Assembly: GCA_000025185.1 (NCBI GenBank)
Contig: CP001848.1
Coordinates: forward strand, 780,001 to 812,000
Origin: Pirellula staleyi DSM 6068
GTDB taxonomy: Bacteria; Planctomycetota; Planctomycetia; Pirellulales; Pirellulaceae
Direction: 5' to 3'
DNA length: 32,000 nucleotides
Both the position numbers and the translations under genes were made by a program. Each line of letters starts with the position of its first letter. The stretch's first letter is position 1. Positions 24,598-32,000 of the stretch are shown here, one piece after another. The notes under the pieces were generated by a model. It searched no databases. It saw nothing but the letters and a program-made list of their open reading frames with translations, and was not told the DNA's origin.

Positions 24598-27294
24598 TTA
24601 CGGTTCGGCGGTGGTGGTGCTGTTGAGAATCCGGTCGCCGCCGATCTCTTCGGCTCGAAGCCATAGCGTTTTGCCCACCAGATCCTTGCCGTCGGGGAGC
24701 AGGAAGGTGAGGGTGCTGCGTCCCGGCGCTTGGTCGATCACCTGACGAATCTCGCGACGACGACCAGGAGGAAACAGCGTGCATTCGAAATTCACCGACT
24801 TCTCCGACAGGTTGGTCATGTGCTGCTCGACCACCAGCATCCCATCGCTTCGCAGACGTGTAGAGAGCTCGAGTTTGACATCGGCCAGACCGAGCGAGAG
24901 GCTGCGATAGACGCGGAACTTATAAACCTTGTCGACCGTCAACAGGAACTCGAGCGCCAAGGGCTGATCGCCGCTGCTGGCGTCGGGCTTGAGCGCGATC
25001 GTCATCTTTTCCGACAGCTGATCGTCGCTCGCGAGCTTGAAACGCTTGGCCCGAGGATCGGTTTCCCACGAGGCTGGTGGAATGAGAGTCACTTCCCCAC
25101 CTACACCGCGCGGAAACGGGTTTTTCACGGTAAATTCGATCGTTTGTTCGCGCCCGAACGTACTCGCGACACGCGGCGAAGTGAACGACAAACCGATCTG
25201 CCAACGCGCGATCGGGTCGACAATCCCGGTGACGAACGTCGGTACGGGTCCGACCAAAACTTGGTGCTGATCGCGGCCATCGACACTCTGGCGCTCAAGC
25301 TTGATCTCGCGTCCCCAGAGATCGATCTGTCGCAGGTTCTCGCCCAGCTCGATCAGTTCGGTCGTTGGGGTGTGATTCCAAATCATCATCACCGCCTCGC
25401 CATCGCGGCTGAAGACATGGTTCTCACTTCCGCCCGGAAGGGTGAGCGAGCCAAGGTATTCCGCTCCCGAGATGGCGCTCGAAGTGGTGCGCCACGGCAA
25501 GTAGAGCTCGGTGGGTGTGGCGTCGCGATGAAGCAAACCACACTGGTCGTCGAACGGCTCGGGAACAAACGCCATCTCTGCCCCACCGATGCGCGTCGCG
25601 AGCATCCGCCAAACGAGATCGCAAGCGCGGGTTTGCATCGGATAGTCGGACTTCGGAAGGGGTCGCAGTTGCACCCACCGCGCGAACTTCTGCTGCGCTT
25701 CTTCCTGCGCCGTGCGTGGCGGGATTTTTAAGTACGCTTCGATCTCGGCAGGTGTGAGCGAGGGCTCGCCACCGTACGACAAAAACGACCAGGGGGGAGT
25801 CGCCGCAGGAGGAACTTCGTTCATCCATTTCCAGCAGACACCGAGCTTCACTTCCTGACCAAAACGTTGCAAATGTTCCTTGATTTCCGTGAGTTTGGTC
25901 GCCGCTTCAGGAAAACCGACAAAGCTCGTATCGCTGTCGCTACCGAGTTGCCAGTAGCGCACTTTGAGCGACAGCCGCGTCATCACCGGATCGACGACGG
26001 GATGCCACAATTCGGGTTCGATGAAGACCGACGCCACCGGCAGCGGACCCTTTTCGCGGAAGACTTCGCGCAGCTCTTTGGGAGGCTGATCGAGGACCCC
26101 AATCAGGTCGATATTTTGAATGCTTAAGCGTTCGGCAAACCAGCTCACACGATCGATGCGTTCGCTCTTCGCAGTTTCGCCCCAGACCGGAAATTTGGCC
26201 CAGTGCAAACCGGAGTGCGAGAGCAGCGTCGCGAGATCGTTCATCGAAAGCTGCGTGTCGGCATCGGGAAGCGACCAACCAAATTGTCCATCGCTGGCAA
26301 AGGTCGTTTCGCGGAGCACAACGAAGCTGGTGCGCTCGGTGAGGAGTGTCACGCCACGACTCCGAAGCTGCACGCGCACGCTATAAAAACCGACGTCGGT
26401 CACCATCGGCCGAAAGCGCGTCGAGCCTGCGAGTCCTTCCAGCTGCTTGCCGCTGGTGGTGGTGAGCGACGTTTCGCTGGCGAGTGGTTTCGTGGCGGAA
26501 ATCCCGGGCCACTGAGCACCCAGGTTGAGTGTTTGACTCGACGTAGAGAGCACTTTTCCTTCGTGATCCATCAGCTCGAAGACGAGTTCCGGACGAGGGT
26601 CGTCGATCCCCGAAACATCGCACTGCACTTCCGCATCGCGCGGCTGGGTGAATAGTCCCGCCGTGGTGGTGGGATGAAGTGTCATGCGCGGCAAGCGAAT
26701 GAGCGTCACATCGTCGAACCAGGCGCTGCCGGTCAGATCTTCGCGCAGTTCGCTCGGGATCAAATGGAGCGTCAGGACCGCTTTCACCGCGCGATTGGTC
26801 GCTGGCGCGATCGGTCCGATTTGCACGCGCTGCCAGGTCGTGTCGCCACTGAGCTCGGGCGATTTGTGTGTTTCGAGCAACTGCCCTTCGGCATCCAGGA
26901 GCGAGAGGCTGATGAAGGCAACATCGCGCGCCAGTCCGCGTGTCTGCAGATTGGCGGTCGCAACGAACGAGTATTGCGGGCTGATTGGCGTGATTGGCGT
27001 CGAAATCGCCGCGCCACCGCCGTTGAGCTGCATCTCGAGTACGCGCCGCGCGCGGGGCGCATCGGGATCGTCGACAATCTGCACTTTCACATACTCGGGA
27101 TAGCCTCGCCCACGGCGACGGGTCCACCGATCGGGCCACTGATCGCGGTTGATATCGGTCGGGTTTTCGAAGTCGCACGACAACACCACAGCCGCCGCCG
27201 GCCACTCGGTGGTCGAGACGATCTCGGCTGCCTCACTGCCCAGAATGCAAAAGGTAGCTAAAATCAGCGGCAGGATCGTAATGTGTGGTTTCAT
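24598..27294 (-). CDS. large secreted hypothetical protein (898 aa); function unknown. The N-terminal beta-sandwich/CBM-like domain and central TIM-barrel-like region are only suspected.
   Basis: Signal MKPHITILPLILATFCILGSEAAE. Uninterrupted GC3-rich ORF. All six overlapping track ORFs are shadow frames. Confidence 0.8.
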   Translation of the reverse strand: MKPHITILPLILATFCILGSEAAEIVSTTEWPAAAVVLSCDFENPTDINRDQWPDRWTRRRGRGYPEYVKVQIVDDPDAPRARRVLEMQLNGGGAAISTPITPISPQYSFVATANLQTRGLARDVAFISLSLLDAEGQLLETHKSPELSGDTTWQRVQIGPIAPATNRAVKAVLTLHLIPSELREDLTGSAWFDDVTLIRLPRMTLHPTTTAGLFTQPRDAEVQCDVSGIDDPRPELVFELMDHEGKVLSTSSQTLNLGAQWPGISATKPLASETSLTTTSGKQLEGLAGSTRFRPMVTDVGFYSVRVQLRSRGVTLLTERTSFVVLRETTFASDGQFGWSLPDADTQLSMNDLATLLSHSGLHWAKFPVWGETAKSERIDRVSWFAERLSIQNIDLIGVLDQPPKELREVFREKGPLPVASVFIEPELWHPVVDPVMTRLSLKVRYWQLGSDSDTSFVGFPEAATKLTEIKEHLQRFGQEVKLGVCWKWMNEVPPAATPPWSFLSYGGEPSLTPAEIEAYLKIPPRTAQEEAQQKFARWVQLRPLPKSDYPMQTRACDLVWRMLATRIGGAEMAFVPEPFDDQCGLLHRDATPTELYLPWRTTSSAISGAEYLGSLTLPGGSENHVFSRDGEAVMMIWNHTPTTELIELGENLRQIDLWGREIKLERQSVDGRDQHQVLVGPVPTFVTGIVDPIARWQIGLSFTSPRVASTFGREQTIEFTVKNPFPRGVGGEVTLIPPASWETDPRAKRFKLASDDQLSEKMTIALKPDASSGDQPLALEFLLTVDKVYKFRVYRSLSLGLADVKLELSTRLRSDGMLVVEQHMTNLSEKSVNFECTLFPPGRRREIRQVIDQAPGRSTLTFLLPDGKDLVGKTLWLRAEEIGGDRILNSTTTAEP

Positions 27295-27379
27295 AGCTTA
27301 GCGACGATCGCCCCCCATTCGGGCCCCTGCTCGACAGCGATTCGAGTGCATTTAACATCCAGCGAGATCACCTACCGAC

Positions 27380-28162
27380 ATGTTGCAAATCAAAGTTGGC
27401 GTTCAACTTGCCAGTCTGCGACTCCCCTTCAGGCAAGCTTTGCTCACGGCTCGCGAAATGGGAGCCGATGCGGTCGAAATCGACGCCCGTGAAGAGCTGA
27501 AAGGTGAAGAACTTTCCGTCACGGGGATCCGCCAGATTCGGAAAATGCTGGAAGATCTGAATTTGCGGGTTGCAGCGGTTCGTTTTCGAACGCGCCGCGG
27601 CTACGACGTGCAGCAAGATCTCGACGAGCGGGTCGATGCGACGCGACGCACGCTCAAGCTGGCCTACGACCTGGGGACCCACGTGGTGATCAATCACGTC
27701 GGTCGCATTCCGGCGGAAGTGACTCACCCGGCGTTTCAAACGATGGTCGACGCTTTGACCGACATCGGTCGGCATGGACAGCGTGTCGGCGCGATGCTGG
27801 CGGCCGAGACCGTGGCCGAAAGTGGCGCCGATCTCAAGCGGCTGATCGATGCGCTTCCACCAGCGTCGATCGGCGTGAATCTCAACCCCGCGCCACTGAT
27901 TATGAATGGCCAATCGCCGCGCGAAGTGGTCGACGCCGTGGGGCAGCATGTGCTGCACATGAACGCCACCGATGCCACCCGCGATCTCTCACTCGCGCAA
28001 GGAATCGAAACGCCGCTGGGCTATGGAAGTGCCGAAATTCCCGAGCTTTTAGCGGTCCTCGAGGAACATCAGTATCGCGGCTATTTCACCGTCGAGCGGC
28101 ACCAGTCGAATGCTCCCCAGGTCGATCTCAAGCAAGCGATCACGTTTCTGCGTAATCTATAG
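27380..28162 (+). CDS. sugar phosphate isomerase/epimerase (xylose-isomerase-like TIM barrel) family protein
   Basis: 260 aa. Family-like layout: MGADAVEIDA..., LAAETVAES, HVLHMNATD, YRGYFTVE. Confidence 0.75.
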   Translation: MLQIKVGVQLASLRLPFRQALLTAREMGADAVEIDAREELKGEELSVTGIRQIRKMLEDLNLRVAAVRFRTRRGYDVQQDLDERVDATRRTLKLAYDLGTHVVINHVGRIPAEVTHPAFQTMVDALTDIGRHGQRVGAMLAAETVAESGADLKRLIDALPPASIGVNLNPAPLIMNGQSPREVVDAVGQHVLHMNATDATRDLSLAQGIETPLGYGSAEIPELLAVLEEHQYRGYFTVERHQSNAPQVDLKQAITFLRNL

Positions 28163-28221
28163 CACCTGCCGATCGGCAACCCTTCGAACCCTCTCTCCCT
28201 TCACCTGCGAAATCAGCTCGA

Positions 28222-29124
28222 ATGAACGATTCCGTTCGCCGCTATACCCCTTCGATGCTCGCTCAACTGGCGAAAGTGAACGTCGCCCAAGTGCGCGCGT
28301 GGCATCGTCGCGGTTGGTTGCTGGCCAGCGACGAGCGGAACCGCGTGAAGTACTACGACTTCTCGGAAGTGGCTGTCGCGCGCCAACTCGCCACGCTCTA
28401 TCGCGGCGGCTTAACGCCCGCTTCGATCGAAAAACAGCTGAAGGATTTGAAGGCCCGTTTTCCCGGCATCGAGCGCCCTTTAGCCGAGCTTTCGATTGTC
28501 GTCGAAGGGAGGCAAATCCTGGTCCGTCAAGCGCGCGGCTTGAGCGAGCCAGGTGGTCAGCTGCGGATCGATTTTCGTGGACTCGACGAAGAGGACGACG
28601 CTCAATCGGGCGCGCCGTCGGTGATTGCGAGTCCCGCGATGTTCCTTCGCCGGGGCCAAGAGTCCGATGAAGCCGCTCCCGAAAATCTCGCAAAATGGGC
28701 CGAAGAACTGCAAGAAGTGGGAGAGCTGCGTGCGGCTGCCGACATGTATCGCGCGGCGCTAGCTGCTGGTGGACCGACCCCGCGACTCTGCTTCGAACTG
28801 GCCGAGTTGCTCTATCGACTCGGAGAACTCGGTGCCGCGCGCGAGCGCTATTCGATGGTGATCGAGCTCGACGAGAACGATGTCGAAGCCCGCGCGAATC
28901 TCGGCTGTGTGCTCGCGGAACTAGGGGAAAAATCGCTAGGAATTGCGGCTCTTTCGGGCGCTATCGATTGCGACCCACAGTATGCCGACGCGCATTTTCA
29001 TCTCGCACGATTGCTCGACGAAACCGACGAGCCCGACGCCGCGACGCGCCACTGGCAGGCCTTTTTGGCCCTCGCCCCCGACAGCCCCTGGGCCGAAGAA
29101 GCTGCCGACCGTTTGCAGCTGTAG
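28222..29124 (+). CDS. MerR-type HTH + TPR-repeat protein
   Basis: YTPSMLAQLAKVNVAQVRAWHRRGWL...YYDFSEVAVARQLATLYRGGLTPASIEKQL is the MerR HTH/wing. C-terminal TPR units AADMYRAALAAG, ARERYSMVIELDENDVEARANLG, DAHFHLARLL. Confidence 0.8.
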   Translation: MNDSVRRYTPSMLAQLAKVNVAQVRAWHRRGWLLASDERNRVKYYDFSEVAVARQLATLYRGGLTPASIEKQLKDLKARFPGIERPLAELSIVVEGRQILVRQARGLSEPGGQLRIDFRGLDEEDDAQSGAPSVIASPAMFLRRGQESDEAAPENLAKWAEELQEVGELRAAADMYRAALAAGGPTPRLCFELAELLYRLGELGAARERYSMVIELDENDVEARANLGCVLAELGEKSLGIAALSGAIDCDPQYADAHFHLARLLDETDEPDAATRHWQAFLALAPDSPWAEEAADRLQL

Positions 29125-29171
29125 CCAGCGGACTGCACCGCTGAACTTCTCTTTCGCGCAGCTCGGCGCAT

Positions 29172-29210
29172 AAAAATACCCGCGACTTCTGCGGACAGAT
29201 CGTCGCGGGT
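29172..29210 (-). terminator. putative intrinsic terminator
   Basis: Stem acccgcgac (29178-29186) / gtcgcgggt (29202-29210) with a 15-nt loop. On the minus strand it is followed by ATTTTTA. Lies ~125 nt downstream of the 29334 stop. Confidence 0.45.
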
Positions 29211-29333
29211 AGTGAGGCGGTTTGCGCTGCACCCGCTAGGTGAGGCCTACCTGATGAGCAAAGTCCGTTGCGCTCGCCGCCGAGCTACGAAGTTGCCAAG
29301 CTACTGTTTGTTGAACTACTACTAGCTGAGCAA

Positions 29334-29621
29334 TTACGACTGCGACTTCGCCACTTTAGCTTCTCGAACAGCACGCGAGGCGTTGTCGAGAAAGTTATCG
29401 ATTTGATTCAGGCCGCGCATCAGCATGGCGTGACCATCGATATCAATCGCATCGATTTTCGAATCGTCCATCGCACGCGCGAGAGCTGCAAATCGAGTTG
29501 CCTGTTCACGAATACGTTCTTGAACACCAGTGATTTTCTGACTGGAGTAGGGCTCTTTGCGCGGGCTTCGCAGGGAGGCATCGTCCCCCCCCACCTTCTT
29601 CACAGATTTCTTCTTGGCCAT
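29334..29621 (-). CDS. small hypothetical protein (95 aa) with Lys-rich N-terminal tail
   Basis: Track ORF trimmed to ATG at 29621 (MAKKKSVKKVGG...), with AAGGAG 8 nt upstream. Confidence 0.55.
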   Translation of the reverse strand: MAKKKSVKKVGGDDASLRSPRKEPYSSQKITGVQERIREQATRFAALARAMDDSKIDAIDIDGHAMLMRGLNQIDNFLDNASRAVREAKVAKSQS

Positions 29622-29639
29622 AGGTAGAAAACTCCTTGC

Positions 29640-29852
29640 CAGCACTGTAACTGCTATCACCAAAGTTGTAAAGCATTTACATCAAAATCTTTCACGATCT
29701 CGGTAAGTATTCTGCAAAAAGTATTGAAGAGATATTCGCGACTGATGTACAGCAGCATATACTGTACGTGTGTTTACTAATGAGCTGCGAGTGGCCCAGT
29801 TATCCACCGCCGCAACAGCCCGTTTTGGGAAGGCTCGGAAAGGAGCAGAACC
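29640..29852. promoter_or_regulatory. AT-rich divergent control region with inverted and direct repeats
   Basis: gtacag-N9-ctgtac (29747-29767). Direct aagtatt at 29705 and 29719. This is the most AT-rich stretch in the last 5 kb. Confidence 0.3.
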
Positions 29853-30191
29853 ATGATCTCGCGAGTCGATCCGCAGCAGCAAGCGCGTGCGAAACTACTG
29901 ATTTTTCAAGGGATTAGCCACCTTTCGATCAGCAAGCGGCTGGGGCTTCACCGGGCCACGATCGCTCGCATCGCCCGGGGGGATCTCGAGGCGCCCGAGC
30001 CCCGCGAAGACCATCCTCCAGGCTACGACGAACGACAAAAACGGCGCTGTCCAACCTGTGGGCACCTGGTCTATCTGTGGCCCTGTTTGGCCTGCGAACT
30101 CGAGACTCCAACGGGTCCGCCAGATGCAGTTCCCGCTCCCCCACCTCGGCAGGATGAACGCCGACGGCGGGCCGATCGCAGTTTTCGATAA
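29853..30191 (+). CDS. HTH + zinc-ribbon small regulator-like protein (112 aa)
   Basis: AAGGAG SD. HTH-like GISHLSISKRLGLHRATIARIARG. CPTCGHLVYLWPCLAC (CxxC-N9-CxxC). Confidence 0.6.
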   Translation: MISRVDPQQQARAKLLIFQGISHLSISKRLGLHRATIARIARGDLEAPEPREDHPPGYDERQKRRCPTCGHLVYLWPCLACELETPTGPPDAVPAPPPRQDERRRRADRSFR

Positions 30192-30244
30192 CTTCCTAAC
30201 ACTTCCGAACGAATTCTTTACGAATTGCTCAAAGGAGCTTCACG

Positions 30245-30466
30245 ATGTCTTTAGAACACACTGTCTCGCTACTCACCACGCTCGTCGGGCTTGGCGTCTC
30301 GATCCTGCTGGCCAGTATTCCTTGGGCCTACGGCATTCATGGTCGGCTGACTCGCATTGAGACGACCCTCGCCGAGTCGCTGCCACATAAGCCGCGACTG
30401 GAGGAGATCGATCGACGGCTCGCGCGGGTCGAATTGCTTCAGGAGCGCGACGCCACCCAGGCTTGA
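30245..30466 (+). CDS. small single-pass membrane protein with C-terminal coiled-coil-like segment (73 aa)
   Basis: AAGGAG SD. TM LLTTLVGLGVSILLASIPWAYGI. Confidence 0.5.
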   Translation: MSLEHTVSLLTTLVGLGVSILLASIPWAYGIHGRLTRIETTLAESLPHKPRLEEIDRRLARVELLQERDATQA

Positions 30467-30506
30467 GCAGCGCGCTCGATTGTCCCCTGCCCCGTTTTGG
30501 AAAGTG

Positions 30507-31001
30507 ATGAGAACCATGTCGAGCCCCACACTTAAGCGTGAACTTCGGTGGATGAAGGCCACGCTGCTCAAGCGACACCCGCTCAAGTTGCGTGCTGCTG
30601 CCCCGCAAGATCGAAAACGAGTCGAGGAGCAAATCGAGCAACTCGGCTGTGTGACGCCGATCATCGCCCATCCTCGCGACGATGGTTCTCTCGAGATTCT
30701 CGACGGGCATCTGCGCGCCGAGATCGCGGGAGAGAACCTCGTCCCTGTCGTCGTCCTGGAATGCGACAACGCAGCGTCGGCACCGATTTTTGCGGCACTT
30801 CAGCAGCGAAGCGATCGGCCACAAGTAACGAGTCGTTACGCGAAGAAAACGCCTGCCGATTTGGTGCGTGACGCGGAGAAGATTCCCGCTTCGTATCAGT
30901 TGCTCGTCGATTGTGGCGCGGAGCCGCAGCAACGATTGCTGTTTGATGCACTCGAAGCGCAAGGGCTCCGCTGCCGCGTTCTCACGCTGACGACCTCGTA
31001 G
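30507..31001 (+). CDS. ParB N-terminal (ParB/Srx-like nuclease) domain protein
   Basis: Track ORF 30357..31001 trimmed to ATG 30507 to avoid overlap. HPLKLR...IEQLGCVTPIIAHPRDDGSLEILDGHLRAEIAG..LVPVVVLE fits the ParB-N pattern (hP.N.R...SI...G...Pi.v...g..i.dGH.R..A). C-terminal YQLLVDCGAEPQQRLLFDALEAQGLRCRVLTL mini-domain. Confidence 0.7.
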   Translation: MRTMSSPTLKRELRWMKATLLKRHPLKLRAAAPQDRKRVEEQIEQLGCVTPIIAHPRDDGSLEILDGHLRAEIAGENLVPVVVLECDNAASAPIFAALQQRSDRPQVTSRYAKKTPADLVRDAEKIPASYQLLVDCGAEPQQRLLFDALEAQGLRCRVLTLTTS

Positions 31002-31115
31002 CAGATCACGCTTGATTCACCAGTTCACTGTTTACCTCTCCCTTGCCAAAGAGCGCGGGCAAGCACGAGAGTCGTACGTCGCTGCGCACTCGGCAAATCA
31101 TCGAAAGGGACGACC

Positions 31116-32000
31116 ATGACACGCTTTGACATTCATCTTTGTTCGCAAGTTCCGCGCACGTTTCGTTTAGCAGCGCTCGAAGGAACATTTGGACTGGAGT
31201 GCGCAGAAATGTCGCATGAACGGATCGAGGCCGAGGTCCCCTCGCTCGAAGAGTCGTGGCGCATCGGCGCTATTGTGGGCCCGAGCGGAAGTGGCAAGAC
31301 GACGCTCGCCAAAGCTGCTTTTTCCCAAGGATTTCGCGATATTTTGCCTTGGCGGGGGGATGTCGCGATGATCGATGGGTTGCCCGATCGTCCCCTCGCC
31401 GAACTGATGAGTCTGCTCACTTCGGTGGGACTCGGAAGCCCACGCATCTGGACGCGGCCGTTTCATCAACTGAGTAGCGGCGAGCAGTTTCGCGCCCATC
31501 TAGCTCGAGCATTGGCGGCTCCTGTCGACGAAGCGCGTCACTCGGTGCTTGTCGTCGATGAGTTCACCAGCAACGTCGATCGGACCACCGCGCGGAGCAT
31601 CGCAGCGGCTGTCGGTGCAACGCTGCGGCGGAATCCTCAACTCCCTCGGCTGGTGGTTGTCACCTGTCATCACGATATCGTCCCGTGGCTCTCGCCGGAC
31701 TGGCATGTCAACTTGAATAGCGGGTCGGCAGTGCTCGAGCGCACGCGTGTCGCGCGACCGCTGGTGAAGCTCGAAGTCGAGCGGGCTCCGCAAAGCATGT
31801 GGCAACAGTTTCGCAAGCATCACTACCTGCATGGCGACCTCGGTCGTTCGAGCAGTTGCTACATCGCCAAATGGCAAGGAGAACTTGCGGCGTTCCTCGC
31901 CGTGGTTCCTCAGCTCGGTCGCGCGGGTCAAAAGCGGATCTCGCGCATCGTCACGCTGCCACAGTTTCAAGGACTCGGTATTGGAATGCGACTCGCCGAG
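31116..32000 (+). CDS. ABC-type ATPase fused to GNAT-like acetyltransferase domain (5' partial; runs off the window)
   Basis: Own translation from ATG 31116, open for 295 codons to the window end, so not in the ORF track. Walker A GPSGSGKTT (31278-31304), signature LSSGEQ (31470-31487), Walker B VLVVDEF (31545-31565), H-loop VVVTCHHD. GNAT motif-A-like RIVTLPQFQGLGIG (31962-31985). Confidence 0.8.
   Translation, partial: MTRFDIHLCSQVPRTFRLAALEGTFGLECAEMSHERIEAEVPSLEESWRIGAIVGPSGSGKTTLAKAAFSQGFRDILPWRGDVAMIDGLPDRPLAELMSLLTSVGLGSPRIWTRPFHQLSSGEQFRAHLARALAAPVDEARHSVLVVDEFTSNVDRTTARSIAAAVGATLRRNPQLPRLVVVTCHHDIVPWLSPDWHVNLNSGSAVLERTRVARPLVKLEVERAPQSMWQQFRKHHYLHGDLGRSSSCYIAKWQGELAAFLAVVPQLGRAGQKRISRIVTLPQFQGLGIGMRLAE

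Larger units (their letters stand above)
29200..32000. mobile_element. putative edge of a prophage/integrative-element-like region (boundary not defined; continues beyond the window)
   Basis: AT-rich divergent control region, small-gene operon, ParB-N-terminal-domain gene and ATPase-GNAT gene. No integrase, tRNA or att repeat in the window. Confidence 0.3.

Noticed and set aside
24730-27261. Several 130-330-aa ORFs on both strands (24730..25731, 26381..27205, 26674..27261 and others)
   Set aside because: All overlap the 898-aa secreted-protein ORF in other frames and are Arg/Ala/Gly-rich shadows.
29747-29767. Possible LexA/SOS box
   Set aside because: The sequence is ACAG-N9-CTGT (gtACAG...CTGTac), which is the half-sites in the opposite order from the CTGT-N8-ACAG enterobacterial box. 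No basis exists for a planctomycete LexA motif here. It is kept only as a generic inverted repeat.
31500-31970. 156-aa minus-strand ORF
   Set aside because: Antisense to the ABC-ATPase/GNAT ORF, which has unmistakable Walker A, signature and Walker B motifs on the plus strand.

Overview
This is a high-GC chromosomal segment that looks planctomycetal, probably Pirellulales-like. That placement is an inference from two DUF1501 genes, a DUF1549/DUF1553 gene, Tat-type signals and dense GGCCGGT-NNN-ACCGGCC-type intergenic hairpin modules. All domain calls come from reading motifs in the translations; no searches were run.

Housekeeping genes are lysS, ilvE and a lolD/lolCE-like ABC pair. They are interspersed with planctomycete-typical secreted proteins and several accessory patches:
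1. 2.4-6.7 kb is a compositionally patchy islet of small lipoprotein, membrane and S1-like genes.
2. 10.9-16.7 kb holds a Fic protein whose catalytic His is replaced by Tyr. It sits behind an array of AATTGCAATT palindromes. The patch also holds an exported SAM-methyltransferase and a LURP-one/DUF567-like gene.
3. The same patch holds an ankyrin+SUFU-like (immunity-type) gene. It lies in a ~2.5 kb cassette bounded by long imperfect inverted repeats, which carry a nested 59-bp insertion and an expanded 7/14-bp minisatellite.
4. From ~29.2 kb to the window edge there is a phage/mobile-element-like operon: HTH-Zn-ribbon, small TM protein, ParB-N-terminal-domain protein, and an ABC-ATPase fused to a GNAT-like domain. 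The last ORF runs off the window, so it is absent from the supplied ORF track.

At least six families of short hairpin modules form mosaic arrays at gene 3' ends and inside two operons. One family shows a compensatory stem change. No rRNA, tRNA or CRISPR array could be supported.
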